DNA of 64,000 bases, from assembly GCA_965153285.1 (NCBI GenBank), contig OZ229110.1; one strand, 5' to 3'. The notes beneath the pieces are model-generated. The model saw nothing but the letters and a program-made list of their open reading frames with translations. It searched no databases and was not told where the DNA came from. Both the position numbers and the translations under genes were made by a program. This document shows positions 1 through 12,417 of this stretch, in pieces. Source of the DNA: Podarcis tiliguerta (taxonomy: Eukaryota). Numbering within the stretch: position 1 is the first letter of the stretch; the number at the start of each line of letters is the position of its first letter.

Positions 1-549
1 CCTGAGTAATCTATTTGCTGATTTTAAGGTACGAATGCAGCCCAAGCAGTGGGAGATTTGACTTATATCTGCAAACAAAAGAAAAGTGGGCTTCACCAAA
101 AGCAGGGAAAACGCAACAGGCAAAGCCAATGGGTGCAGTTAGCATGTAATGAATAATAATTCCCAGGCTGCTTTGAACATCTTTGTAAGACATATGTATT
201 GACAACTATATAATTAAAAAAACAACCTTCCAGCATTAATCATCAACAATAAAAGCACCAAATACTTATCATACTGTAGTATCGCTACTTTCCTGTAACA
301 AACATGTTCGTTTCTGAAATTGGTCTTACAATCAACAAGTTACCCTTTCACGACTAGCACATAAATATACATCTGTGACAGAAGGCTGTCTCTGCACAGA
401 AACTGCCTTCCTAAGTATTTAGGCACTACAAAAATTCATTTTGACAGTTGAAATATTATCAGTTGCCACACTGAGAATATTAATAACATGCAATGTTTGT
501 TGATGCATAATGTAGTTGCAAAAACTAATGTGACTTTAGTGACACTTCT

Positions 550-653
550 GGAAATTCAAGAGCAAACTATGAGCTTGTCCACTGGCCTGTTGCAGGCCAA
601 TGATTCACGGAAGGCGGCCATCATTGACCTTGAGCTGAAAATACTCAACAAGT
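550..653 (+). mobile_element. RTE-clade LINE fragment (start of the endonuclease), cut by the gap
   Basis: TMSLSTGLLQANDSRKAAIIDLELKILN resembles the RTE-type N-terminal motif ...DARKTAVI..EL..L. Confidence 0.5.
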
Positions 654-788
654 NNNNNNNNNNNNNNNNNNNNNNNNNNNNNNNNNNNNNNNNNNNNNNN
701 NNNNNNNNNNNNNNNNNNNNNNNNNNNNNNNNNNNNNNNNNNNNNNNNNNNNNNNNNNNNNNNNNNNNNNNNNNNNNNNNNNNNNNNN
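654..788. other. Assembly gap (N run)
   Basis: Run of N. Confidence 1.
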
Positions 789-3700
789 GATTTTGAATCA
801 ATAAGAGTCATTGTATCCATAACTCATGTCTTGGATCAACATTAATTTGATTACATGAAATACTACAGATGTTGGGATGCTGCATGGGCTGAGCAGGTAA
901 TGTTTAATAATCTCTCATATTCTTTATTAAAATGGGTGTATCTTCTGATGAATCTTTCTTCCCTCCACTTAATATTGTCCGCTATGTACATGAACTAATA
1001 TATGTACTGACAGCTGTGTTGTCTTCTGGATCGCTCACCAGATACTTTATAAGCACAAAACGTCCACTTTGTACCCAGGAATTCTACATCTCCCCTCTCA
1101 GTCCAATGTTGTGCACAAAGATGTACCACCAGCAATTTTCGGGTGAATTACACAACCGCATTGGTACCCAAGGAAGAATTCTGAGTTCACACACTTGATA
1201 TTTGCCTTCCCTGCTCTCTTTTATTCTCTGAGTATGCCAGCTTTCCATGAATGAACTGCCCCACGCTCTGGGGATTTTCACTAGCATCCGTTAAGATGGC
1301 ACTGGCAAGGAGTTTTTCCCAGCCCTACTTGAGATGGGTACAGATTGAGCCAGGGATGCAAAGCAGATGATCCACCGCTGAGCGATGACCCTTCTCCATA
1401 CACCAATGAGCTTTGTCTGCAATGAGAGAAGTGTTGGGGAAATGCACCAAAAGTATGAAATAATACTGCTTTGGTGCAAAGTCAATTAACCTCCCCACAA
1501 ACAAATCAGAGTGAATGCTAATTAAATAGCTAACATTTTCTAATATACCTGCAAGCAAATCAGAATGAACGCTCAATAAACAGCTTGTCGGGAAGGGCTG
1601 GTGTTCTGCGGATTCCCTGTAAACAAAAGGAATGAACCACAGAGAAAGGCTATAAAAGGTCCATCTGGCGACACCCTTAGGCACATTGATCTTTTATGCT
1701 GCTGCTTTTCTGTAAGAGAAGATTTGTCATTCTTCCCAGAATTGTTGGTTTATAAGATTAAACACACAGACACCCATTTATACTTCTATACTTCCGCACA
1801 CTGCCTGCATGGGAGAATACTGGGTAATGGCACAAACTTTTGTGTGCCTCACACTATGCATAGGTGTCTTTATTATGAGCATGTGTGGAAGTGTGGCTTC
1901 CTTTCAGAGTAATTGTATCATGTGAACCAGCACGTGGTTCATTGCTCAGGGCTAAAAAAGAATATTTGGCAGTTTTTCATTCGTAATAGAATTGCACAGA
2001 AACAGAATTGTAGAGTTGGCAGGGTCCCTGAGAGTCATCAAGTCCACCCCCTGCAATCATAGGACCGCTTTATTAGCTAAGCTTCCTTCGCTGGTGCAAT
2101 AACAGCCCCACCAAACGCAAACTCTCATTAGCCCCGCATGTAAGCCCATGATTTCTATCATCTTTATCTAATTTGCCAGAAGGCTCTTTTTCCTCATGTG
2201 GAATATCAGCTGCTCTCTGTTAAGAAAAATTAGGAGGGGCAGTTTTGCTCTTAGCATTTCTTGTGGGGGTGTTTGGCATTTTCTGAAGCACTGTTCAGTT
2301 TCACCAGGGTTCCCTGGGCCCTACATAGAACTAGAGATGGAGAAATGCATTTGTCATTATATTATTCCTTGCTCTCTCTCTTTTTATTTGCTACACCATC
2401 TTCAAAGGCTTAAAGCCCCTGAGATGTGCTCATTTCCTTGACAAGGATCAATAACAACTTTATTATATAGCACCTTTTGAGTGTTCAAAGCCCTTCACAT
2501 ACAATAGCTCAGAAATCCTTACAAGTCTACAAGGTAGGGTCCTATTGTTGGCATCCCTCTGTTTCAAGAGACAATGGAAGAGTGAGCCATCAAGGGTAAA
2601 GTCAAACTGCTGGAGAGTTACAGTATCTGCTGTGGAGACCCTATATAGGAGAGACATGTTTTATCACAGGTAGGGTAGATGAAGGTTTTGCTGCTACAGA
2701 TGCACCAGGACATTTCTTCATTCTGTGCTCCTCCCAGCAGTCCTTCCTCCTTTGGCCACTGCTGTGGACACACAATCTGAGTGTCTCAAGGCGCTGTGGT
2801 TGTCTGCAAGGGATGATGTCAGCCTTCACGCCCTGTTTGCAGACATCTTTGTAAAGCAGAGTTGGTCTGCCAACTCAGCTCGCCGTAAAGCACCTGCCAT
2901 CTTCCACTCTGTGGACATGACCAAGGCGGCATAAATGTCATTGAGACAGAAGTGTGAAAATGCTGGAAATGTGGGCTTGGGAGAGCACATCTTTGTTTGA
3001 GACTCTTGTCCTGACTTAAAATTCCATTCTTACCATAGTTCTTGTTACATTACAAGTGTTGTTACGATCCTGCCAATGTTTTTAATTGTTTTCAGTGTTC
3101 TGCAAGGTAACTTATAATTTCCCCCCATTACTTGTTAAAGTTTTTGTTAGCCTACTGTACAAAAGTAAAATTCACCCTTTGCTTGTGGCCCTGCCCGCCA
3201 CAGGTATGTGGCCCCCAGAAGGTTGCTCAGGCCAGGATGTGGCCCTTGGGCTGAGAAATGTTCCTCACTCTTGCCCTAAATATATTGCAGGCAGGGCTTT
3301 CACCAAGAACAGAGATGGGAAATCATTCTGCCCCCCCCCCAGCAAGTCTCTTTGGAAGAGACAAGGTTCTTTTGGGGCCCAAGCGAATAACTTTTAATGC
3401 AAAAGGAGTGCAACATATTCAAAGGATCTGCTTGATCCAATGCAGCACACCCTTTCCCCTTCTTTCATGAGATCAACTAAACTACCTGGCACTCTACTTT
3501 GCAGTGAAAAAGGCAACTGATATCCAGCAGGTGGCAGCATAGTTCAACCCTTCCCCGGGCCTGGCACCAGGCTATGCAATAGTTCTCCACAATGGATTGA
3601 ATCCAAGAGCAGGAGGGGCCTCATGCTTTCATTGCGTTTTATGATTGTTGATTATTGTTATCCATCAATTTCTCTCGGGCTGGTTTTTTACAATTATCCT

Positions 3701-5954
3701 ACATAAGGCTGTGGGCTGCTCCTGGCTCCTCCACCTGTCAGAGCCTTCTGTAGCAAATCATGTAGCTGGAACCTACACTGATTTTACCACTCTGCCAATG
3801 TTCCTCCAGTGCAGAGTTTATCCTTCCTGTTTTCTTGGCCCTGGGCTCCCAGATTTAGCAGATGTCCCCAAATCCTTGAGCCAGCACTATCTGGCTCTGT
3901 GCCTCCCCTATTCTGTCTCTCTCCCTGCCTCCTTTTTCTTGCACTCTCAGGTCTCTGATCTGGCTTCATCGGCCTGTACATCCATAACCTTCCTCTTCCT
4001 TCCTCCCTCCTCCCCCCTCTCTTCCCATCCATCTTTACCAGCTCTTGCCAGCCTCCCTTTCTTAATTCATTACGTTTATGCCATGCCCTTCCTCCAAGGA
4101 GCTCATAGTGATGTGCATTGTTCTGCCCCCTCCAATTTAATCTGAACAAAAACCCTGGGAGGTAAGCTAGGCTGAAAGATGACAGCTGCCCCAGGTGAGC
4201 ATTATGGCCGAGTGGGGACTTGCGCGTTCTCTCCATTCCTTCTCCAACACCCTAATTCTTTTTTTATCTTCCCTGGCTGTGTTTCTTATTTCTCCTCTAC
4301 CCCACCCACTTCACAAACACAAAACCAGTGCTATCTTCCTTTCTGCCTCCTGCTACAAACCAGATCATATTACCTCCCACTTTCGCTACTGGCAGTGGTG
4401 TAGTAGTAAATGCTGACGTGCAAGAGTCCTGAGTCATTTGTAAACCACCTTGTGATTTCTGGATGAACGGTGGTATAGAAGTTTAATAAATAATAACAAT
4501 ATCAGTAATGATGATGAGGATGATGATAATGACAGACCCCTCCATAGCCACCTACATCCTCAAGAAGAACCCCAAAATGCAGAGAGATGTGTTGATCAGT
4601 TATTATAGGTGTATATAATCTCACACACACACACCACAAAGAGCAGCAGTACACAGCATGATGCTCAGTGTATTAGGATCAGCATGGTTGCACTCAAATG
4701 CAGTTTCCGAGGAGTAAGGAACCCAATGGTACTTATTTCTGACGGCAGAGGTTTAACTCTTAAAACATACTGAGCTTTGACAAAAAATTGTCAGCCACAG
4801 CCAACTAAAATGCAATTTTGCAAGGACAATAAGTATTACTGTTTAAACTGCTAGTGTGAAGTAGGAACCCTGTCTAAGAAAAGGAAGACCATGTCTAGCA
4901 TCTAATTTTGTTCTGCATTCACTTTCTTCTTCTGTGCTAATCTGTTACAAAACTCTAACACCCTGTGTCCACCCATCATCCAGGCACTCTTACATCATTG
5001 CCTTGGATTTGAATAACTTTACAGACAGCTTTTGGAATATTTCAGTGATATCCCTTACAATATCAAATAAGAATTTAAAGACAATGTGAATGATAAATCC
5101 TACTGTTTATGTAGTATGTTTTTAGTGAGATGGTTCATTGGTATTTCAACTTAATTCACTGGGAGACTCATTATAGATTGATAAAAACCATATTATTGAT
5201 GTTATGTTATGTTGTTATGTTATGTTATAACATTGTGCAATAAAAAATTCAATATACAGGGAAGTGCAATCTATGGAATTAATGGGCAGAATTCAACATT
5301 GCACTGTGATGGACGTTCTCTCTGGTCAAGCATTGCAGCTTGCAAGCTGGAACGATCATCTCTCTCTTCCCCCTGTGCTTTGTTTGTGGGGTCCCCCTAC
5401 GCCGCAGCCAATTTTGGGGAGCATGAGGGTGTGCAGGGGGAGAAGTGGGAAGCCCTGTTGCATGGTGCTCATTAGCTAGGGTTGCCATATTTCAAAAAGT
5501 TAAAATCAGGACACCCCAAAGATTGTTGATTTTGGGGGTATATAACTATGTCTAAATAGTAGTGGGTTATATAGATTAAGAAGAGTGATATGCATACACG
5601 GTTAAGTAAGAATGAAGCTTTATTAAATGTAGATATGGATTCTGCAGAGGATGTGAAAAAACTGTTACCAAAGGGTTTTCTATTTTGGGGAGTGGGGGTG
5701 GATAGTGGGGGTGGATAATGTTTTGAAAGATCTGTACTTCAATATTCTTGTGGCCACTGGGCTACATGGGGAAACCACACTTCCAAATTGTCACTATTTT
5801 GGGGGTGGGATCCCACCATATATCAGAAATCAGGTTGCACCATTAGAGTGAATGGGGAGCTCTAGCACCACAAACCCATTTCCCCCAAAGACTGGACTTT
5901 TTTTACAGCAGGGAAAGTGGCTGGGGGAAATGCACTGGAACACGTGTGGGATCA

Positions 5955-6245
5955 AATGCCAGTGATAGCCATCAACCTAGATGGTTTTAAAAGAAGAATA
6001 GACAAATTCAGGGAGGAAAGCTCTGAGGGCTGCCAGCCATGTCGGCTATGTTGTGCCTCCACAGCTGCAGGCAGCAGTGCTTCCAAATGCTAGTTGCTGG
6101 AGACCACAGTGGAGGAGAGTGTGCTCCTGCGCTCAGATCCTGCTTGCACTTTCACCACAAGCATCTGGTCGGCCACTGTGAGAACAGGAAGCCTGACCAG
6201 GTGGGTCACTGGCCTGATCCAGCCAGGCTCTGCTTATGTTCTTAA
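5955..6245 (+). mobile_element. CR1 LINE 3' remnant
   Basis: GCCATCAACCTAGATGGTTTTAAAAGAAGAATAGACAAATTC is the typical end of CR1 ORF2. Confidence 0.55.
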
Positions 6246-6469
6246 ATCAGGACAAATGCTCAAGGAGCAGGCTGGGCCTGGAAGCTCCCATTGTCTCCCC
6301 AGCCAGTCTTCCAGGTGTCCCCAGCACGGTTTGCATAGGGACAGGTAAGGGAGGGCTGGGCCTGAGAAGCCCCCAAAGCCTTAATATGGAAAGCCCCATC
6401 CTCCCATGTCTATCTTTGCGAGGAAAGCTAAGCCACCCCAGTCATGCGCTCTGCTCTTCTCAGCTTGGG

Positions 6470-6860
6470 TCAAGGAATGTGACACATCAGATGGCAGCTG
6501 CTATTTGGGAGGAGGAGAAGCCGGGGGAGACGGGGGGGGGGGCATGTTGGAAACTGCATCGGGGCTGGGGACTCATTGGTCCTGGGCTCCACAGAAAAGA
6601 AAAAATAGGGGGATCTTTCAGATGTGGGAGGCACTAAATTTGCTAAGAGGTAGGGAAAGTTTTAGGAGTTGTGGGTTGGGGAGAAGTGAGTGCTGGTGAG
6701 CAAACTCAGGAGGGCCGTCTCAGCCTGCACCAACCAGCCTGGCTCCCTTGAAGTGCTGGGATGGGCTGGCTGCAACCTGAGAGCATCCTAAAAATAACCC
6801 CCTGCCTGGCAGAGGAATGACCTTCTGGGACTTTGTCCGGCTGGGTGGGCAGGCACCTGG
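6470..6860 (+). promoter_or_regulatory. Striated-muscle promoter upstream of exon 1a
   Basis: MEF2 site CTAAAAATAA at 6788-6797. TEAD/MCAT GGAATG at 6474 and 6814. E-boxes CAGATG 6488, CAGCTG 6495 and CACCTG 6854. Confidence 0.7.
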
Positions 6861-7089
6861 GGCTGCAGCGTCCATGCCCCCTGGCAGGTACCCAGCAGCC
6901 GGGGGTGGGAGGTCAGATGCGCGCAGAGGGTGAACATCAAGCAAGGGGGACGGCTGCTTGGGGAGTGCTGCCAGGGCCCAGGTGGCCGGTGGGATTCCCA
7001 GCCTGCTAGAAGAGGGGCTTTTGTTATGGACTAGATCGGCAAGCCCAGGCAGTACTCGACGTGACAGGGTGTGCAGGCCCCACCGAGCC

Positions 7090-7513
7090 ATGCAGAGATC
7101 TCAGGGGCAGAGCAACCTCCATCCGGCTGGGGGGACGGGACGGGGCTCAGGGAGAGCCCCCCCGAGCCCTGCCATCCCTCCTAAAAGAGCCAAAGTTGCG
7201 ACGACTGAGCAGGGAAGCCCTGCTGCTGCTGCGCCGGTCTTCCTGCAGGAGCTGACGGACACAACGGTCAGCATCGGCCACAGCATCCTGCTGAAGGTCG
7301 TGGTGGCAGGCAGCCCCCAGCCGCACCTGAGCTGGTACAAGGAGAAAGCGCCCATCGCATCCACCAAGGATCAGGACGGCCAAGAGGAGGAGTATGGCAG
7401 CCTCCGGATCTGCAGCTGCAAAGCAGCCGACGCTGGGGTCTACAAATGCAAGGCCAAGAATGAACATGGCGAAGTGGTCAGCAGCGCCACCGTGACTGTC
7501 GCAGATATGGAAG
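7090..7513 (+). CDS. SPEG: SPEG exon 1a (SPEG-beta N-terminus, Ig-like domain 1)
   Basis: GCC-ATG start. Encodes MQRSQG...RAPPSPAIPPKRAKV...APVFLQELTD...VVVAGSPQPHLSWYK...DAGVYKCKAKNEHGEVVSSATVTV, matching recalled human RAPPSPGVPPKRAKV...APVFL...GTPQPSLRWF. Donor G|GTACGG, phase 1. Confidence 0.93.
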
Positions 7514-7993
7514 GTACGGGCAAAGTGAGAGGCGGTGGTGGCGGTGGGCTAAGGTGCTCTGCCTGGTCTCTGCACCGGCAGCAAGAAGCTTTCTGAAAGG
7601 ATCAATGATTACTGTTCTTCTCAGAGATGGGTGGCTCCAGGTCTTCAGACCTGTTGAGGGTTGAACCACAGCTAGGGCTTCTCACTCTTTCCAGCACAGC
7701 CCTAGAAGTGGTGAAATTATGCCTCAGACCATTCACAGAGTGAGTCAACACGGCAGTTTCCAAGGAATGCTTCTGGGATTAGTGGTGCAAGGGGTCCACT
7801 CTGGTTGTTGGCTCTTGGGCAGGCTTGAGCCCCTGCACCTCTTTAGAAGTGTATCAGAGGCATGGAACAGCCCTCTGCCGCAGGTAGAGGCATTGCAGGA
7901 AGAATGGGGGCTTCCTGCAGGCTGTGTTGAAGACTTGTCACCCTGTAAGCATCTAGGCCTTTTTCCTTGGATAGAACTGGACAAAGCAGTGCT

Positions 7994-8135
7994 NNNNNNN
8001 NNNNNNNNNNNNNNNNNNNNNNNNNNNNNNNNNNNNNNNNNNNNNNNNNNNNNNNNNNNNNNNNNNNNNNNNNNNNNNNNNNNNNNNNNNNNNNNNNNNN
8101 NNNNNNNNNNNNNNNNNNNNNNNNNNNNNNNNNNN
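7994..8135. other. Assembly gap (N run)
   Basis: Run of N. Confidence 1.
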
Positions 8136-8255
8136 AAGCAGGAGCCCCAGAATCTGTGCACTCCCCATACTTTTTGTCATTGCTGGGGTGCAAATTAAAC
8201 ATAAGGAAGTGAGTGTCTCTGAGCACATAAAGAGCGGCAATCCCTATTTACAGAA

Positions 8256-8421
8256 GGGCCATAGCTCAGTGGAATTGCACTTGCTTTGCATGCATAAGGT
8301 ATCTCCATGTAGGAAAGCCCAGCCTGAAATCCCGAAGAGCTGCTGCCAATCAGTGTAGACAATACTGAGCAAGATAGACCACTGGCCAGACTTGTTATAA
8401 GGCAGCTCCAAGTCGTTCCTA
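8256..8421 (+). mobile_element. tRNA(Ala)-like-head SINE
   Basis: CCATAGCTCAGTGG...CTTTGCATGCA head and GAGCTGCTGCCAATCAGTGTAGACAATACTGAGC body. Related copies near 31805-31955 (+) and 13555-13740 (-). Confidence 0.6.
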
Positions 8422-11400
8422 ATAACCACAGCTTTCTCTTACATGTCTGCGATAAGGCTTCCCAGCAGCTCTGAATCTGGCTGCTGGTGGAATTTTGATG
8501 TTGAAATTAGGTAGCAGACCCCTGGAGGACCTATTAGGGTGCTTTGAAACCTTGCAGGAGAATTCAGCTTGTGGCGCAGATAGTATCAAAGGCTGTGTTT
8601 TTAACTGCAACGCAAACCTGGCAAAGATAAGGGGCTCTAGACAGGCACATCCTTCCTACCCACTACGTGAGCACAGCAATCCGTAGCATCTGAAAGCTGA
8701 GTCCTTTCAGGAAATTAAAAATGCCTCACACTCTGCCGGCACCCTGCCACGTAGGTTGCTTCTGGCACCATCTTCTGAATCATCCTTCCCTCCCAGCATC
8801 CTCCATAAACTTAATATGATCTGTGGTTCTGCAGTGGTGCTGGGTGCGCAATAGAAGCTGAAGCTTACCAACCGAAGATTCCTTCATCGCGGCTTGCGTC
8901 AGAGATAGGGGAAGGTGGTGGTTTGGGTTAAAGTGGGCCCACTGGGAAGGTGGCGGCAGTACATAGGCCAGGACTGGCATGTGCAGAGGCGATACATCCT
9001 GTTTTTGCATCGCAGTTCTGTGATCTCTGCTCAGATTTAGGGTTAAAGTTGGGGTTCCTGGGTTAGAAAACACAGAGAAAACACCCTTTCCCCTTTAACA
9101 GTATTAAGAGAGGCATAGAAGGGACAACACTGCTAGGTGTGGTTTGTTTTTCTGAATTGGCTTCAAGGACAGGAGAGGAAGAGAACAACTCTTGCAGGCT
9201 TGGCAACTCTACTGTTGATGTGTTAGGGAGGCCCCTGCCATCTTTGCAGCCTTGGGGTCCCCACATTCCTGAAAAATCCCATATTTGTGTTACAAACACA
9301 TTTGGCGCCATCTCTGGGTTGTGTTCTCTGAGCATCGTCCAAACCACCAGAGAATCACATGGCAGCTGTTCCTCTTGGGGAATTGTTGGCACTGGCACCC
9401 ATTTTGTCAGGGAGGTGAAGGTCATAACCTGGATGGATACAGATACATCTGGGCCAGGGGGAAAACAACCCTGGCCCTAATATGGCCCAAAAGTTTCACG
9501 GGGAATGTGTGGACGGGAGCTTTGTAAATTTACCCCCCTCCCCCCGTCCCTTGTCCTGTATCACATTCAGTGTCTGCAGAGGAAACAAATATGTTCAAAT
9601 CCTCAAGCTTTGTATAATTTAAACAGTCTGGGGAGGCCTACCTTCTTCCGGTGCCTCCTTTGTTAGACACAGGGCCAGAATGAGCATCTGGAACACTTGG
9701 GTAAATGCCAAGCTAAAAAGGCCATGGTAGGATCTGCCCATGCTGAGGCAGATGCCCCTTCAGCCCACTTGCTTGCCTATTTCCTCCTCTGTGAGCTTCC
9801 CTGAGTCTGGGAAGCCACCGGCCATGTTAAACTGCCCAAAATGCACCAGTCCACTCCAAGGCATTGTGGGAAATTCAATATGGAAAGAGGTTCCTCAGAG
9901 CCAGGTAAGCTGCAGCTTAAGGAGACGACTGACCAGGGGTGGGGATGATGGCACCCAACTTCGCAGCTGGCCTGGATAGGTGAGTAGCAAATGTTTTGTA
10001 ACAAGGCCTAACGGTTTCGGTTCCAGAGATACTGGTAACAGAGAAGAAACATAGAGGAGTTCAGTCCTACCTGGTTGAGGCAGCCATTTTTCTTATGCTG
10101 TAGGGTTCCCCACTCACCACCATATAATATGATGTGAGGCTAACCGAGCATAATGTTGCTTTCCTCCATGTAAGAGGGAAGGATCGCATGGATTAGGCCT
10201 CGGGGTGGAAGGCTCATCTCTAATGTTACCTTATGTGCTTGGTGATGGGAGGGTATGAAACCTTTTCCTCCCTCACAGGGAGACAACTCCTGCCCACAAA
10301 GTTGCTGCTCCTCTGGCTCCCACCCATTATGTTCATTTGTTTGTGAACTTGAATGCAGTGTGCAAGGAACAAATGGATGGTTCTTACGGGGAAGAACCTG
10401 CAGCAGGGAAGGGGAACCTGTCATCCTCCAGACACTGTGACTATAATTCCCATCAGTCCTAGCCAGTACAGCCAATGCCCAGGGTTAACGGGAATTGTAG
10501 GCTAGCAGCCTCTTGGAGGGCTATAGATCCCCCCCCCAAGTCACTGTTTCTCTTAACGCAATGCAGGTTTGCAATGCAGATTTAAGGCTGCTCTGCTGCC
10601 ACTGGAGGAAGGAATTTACTTTGCTTACAGGACAGCTGGGCACACTGCAGACCCCAGGGCTGGTGAGATTCTGCCCACCCACCATCCACATCTCTACATA
10701 CAATTTGGCATATAGGTGTTGGTTGTTGTTTGCAAATGTGTGTCATGGACCTGTACCCTGAGTCTTTTAAATACCGCCTAGCAATGCCCCTGCTTTCAAT
10801 GTTGCTTAGCAATTATCCCATTCAGGTGTTCTCTATGGGTAGAGAACCTACACCCAGAGGAAGAGAGCAACAGGACTGCACTGCTGGCCTCAGCCCCAAC
10901 ATATTGCGTGGCTCTGGCCATGCCCTCTGGATACTCGTGCATGGGCTGTCTGCATGGGGAAAGTTCCACACCGTAAGAAACCCTGCGCAACCAGGGTCTC
11001 TGTTTACGTGGGAGCCTATGTGTGAACAGCTGTTCGCACATAGGCTTTCCGTAGGCAGGTGTCTGGACTTCCAAGACACATAGAATGTGCCACATGGATG
11101 CTGGGCGTGAGGTCAGCAATGTCATCATGCTCTGACCCCCACATATATGCTCCTGCATGCAGGCTTCCTATAGGCATCTGGTTGGCCACTGTGAGCCTTT
11201 GGCCTTATCCGGCAGGGCTCTTCTTAAGCACACACAATGTCTGAGTGAGGACAAGAAAAAGGAAAGTGTTGTTGTTGCTGTTAGTATGTGGGCCAATTCA
11301 ATTACCACCTCATGCACAATCCTCCCAGGACTGGCCCTGGACATCTTGCCAGTTGCAAGTTGCATGAGGCGGAGTGCATGAAGTGAAGGCGGTGCTGCCA

Positions 11401-12264
11401 CTCGGCAGGACCAAGGTGGGGTGGGGTGAGGTGGATTGATGGTGGTGGCAGGCATAAGTGTGCACACATACCTGGACCCACAGCTGTCAACTTGGGACAT
11501 GCCTACCCCTGCTGCTGCCCTGCCACATCCTGGTCCCAGAAAGCAGCATAGAATCATAGAATTGGAAGGGTCATCTTGTTCAATCCTCTGCAATGCAGGA
11601 AGATTTTGCCCAACACAGGGTTAAACCCACAACCCTGAGCTTCTCATGTTCTACCAGTTGAGCTATTCCAGTGGCCCATTCCATTTCATTACCACAAGCC
11701 AACAAGACTGGCAGCTTGATCTTACTTCAGTACTCACAGCACACTCCCCTGCACCGCAGGGCATCAGGCAGGCAGTGGTGGCTGCTGTCAATTGGGACTG
11801 GTACGGTGTAATGCAGGAGGCCTGCAGTAGGTGGAGCTAGAGCCAATGGCAGGCAGAGCCAGTTAATTCTGTTTTGGACTCCACCTGCTGATTTCTACAA
11901 GGGGCAACCATAAGACCAATGAAGAGGATGGCGATAGCCAGACCCCGGACTGGTTGCAAGTAAACGCAGGCGAGTTCGAGCTCGATAAGGGCAGGCTGAA
12001 GTTGGTGGGGGCAGTTGCCCATTTGACCTAATCATGGACCGGCTTCCACTGGCACCAGGCTAGCTTTTGGGTGCAGGGCAGGATGCAAGGTACACACAGC
12101 TCCAATACTTAACCTCTGCTCCATGCCCTCAGCATCCACTGCTTGGGTAAACCACCCCACTCTGCCCACATCTCATTCGCAAAGTTAGAAGTTGCCCTTT
12201 CCTGCCTATTTTCCTTAAGAACTATCATTGTTCAGTGTAGAAGTAGTAATGTAGACCTAGGTGG

Positions 12265-12417
12265 TGTGGCGCAATAGGTCTGTGCATCTGGCTATTAACC
12301 AGAAGGCTGGCAGTTCAAGCCCACCCAGGGATGGCTGTGGGCTGGATTCCAGCATTGCAGGGGGTTGGACCAAATAATGACCCTGAGAATCCCTTCCAAC
12401 TCTATGATTCTATGATA
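12265..12417 (+). mobile_element. tRNA-derived SINE with CR1-type 3' tail
   Basis: tRNA-like head, then GCATTGCAGGGGGTTGGAC...CCCTTCCAACTCTATGATTCTATGAT. Related copies at 45280-45415, 63685-63828 and, on the minus strand, 11547-11670. Confidence 0.75.

Noticed and set aside
6958-7089. N-terminal extension of exon 1 suggested by the ORF track
   Set aside because: It starts at TTG. Homology and Kozak context start at ATG 7090.
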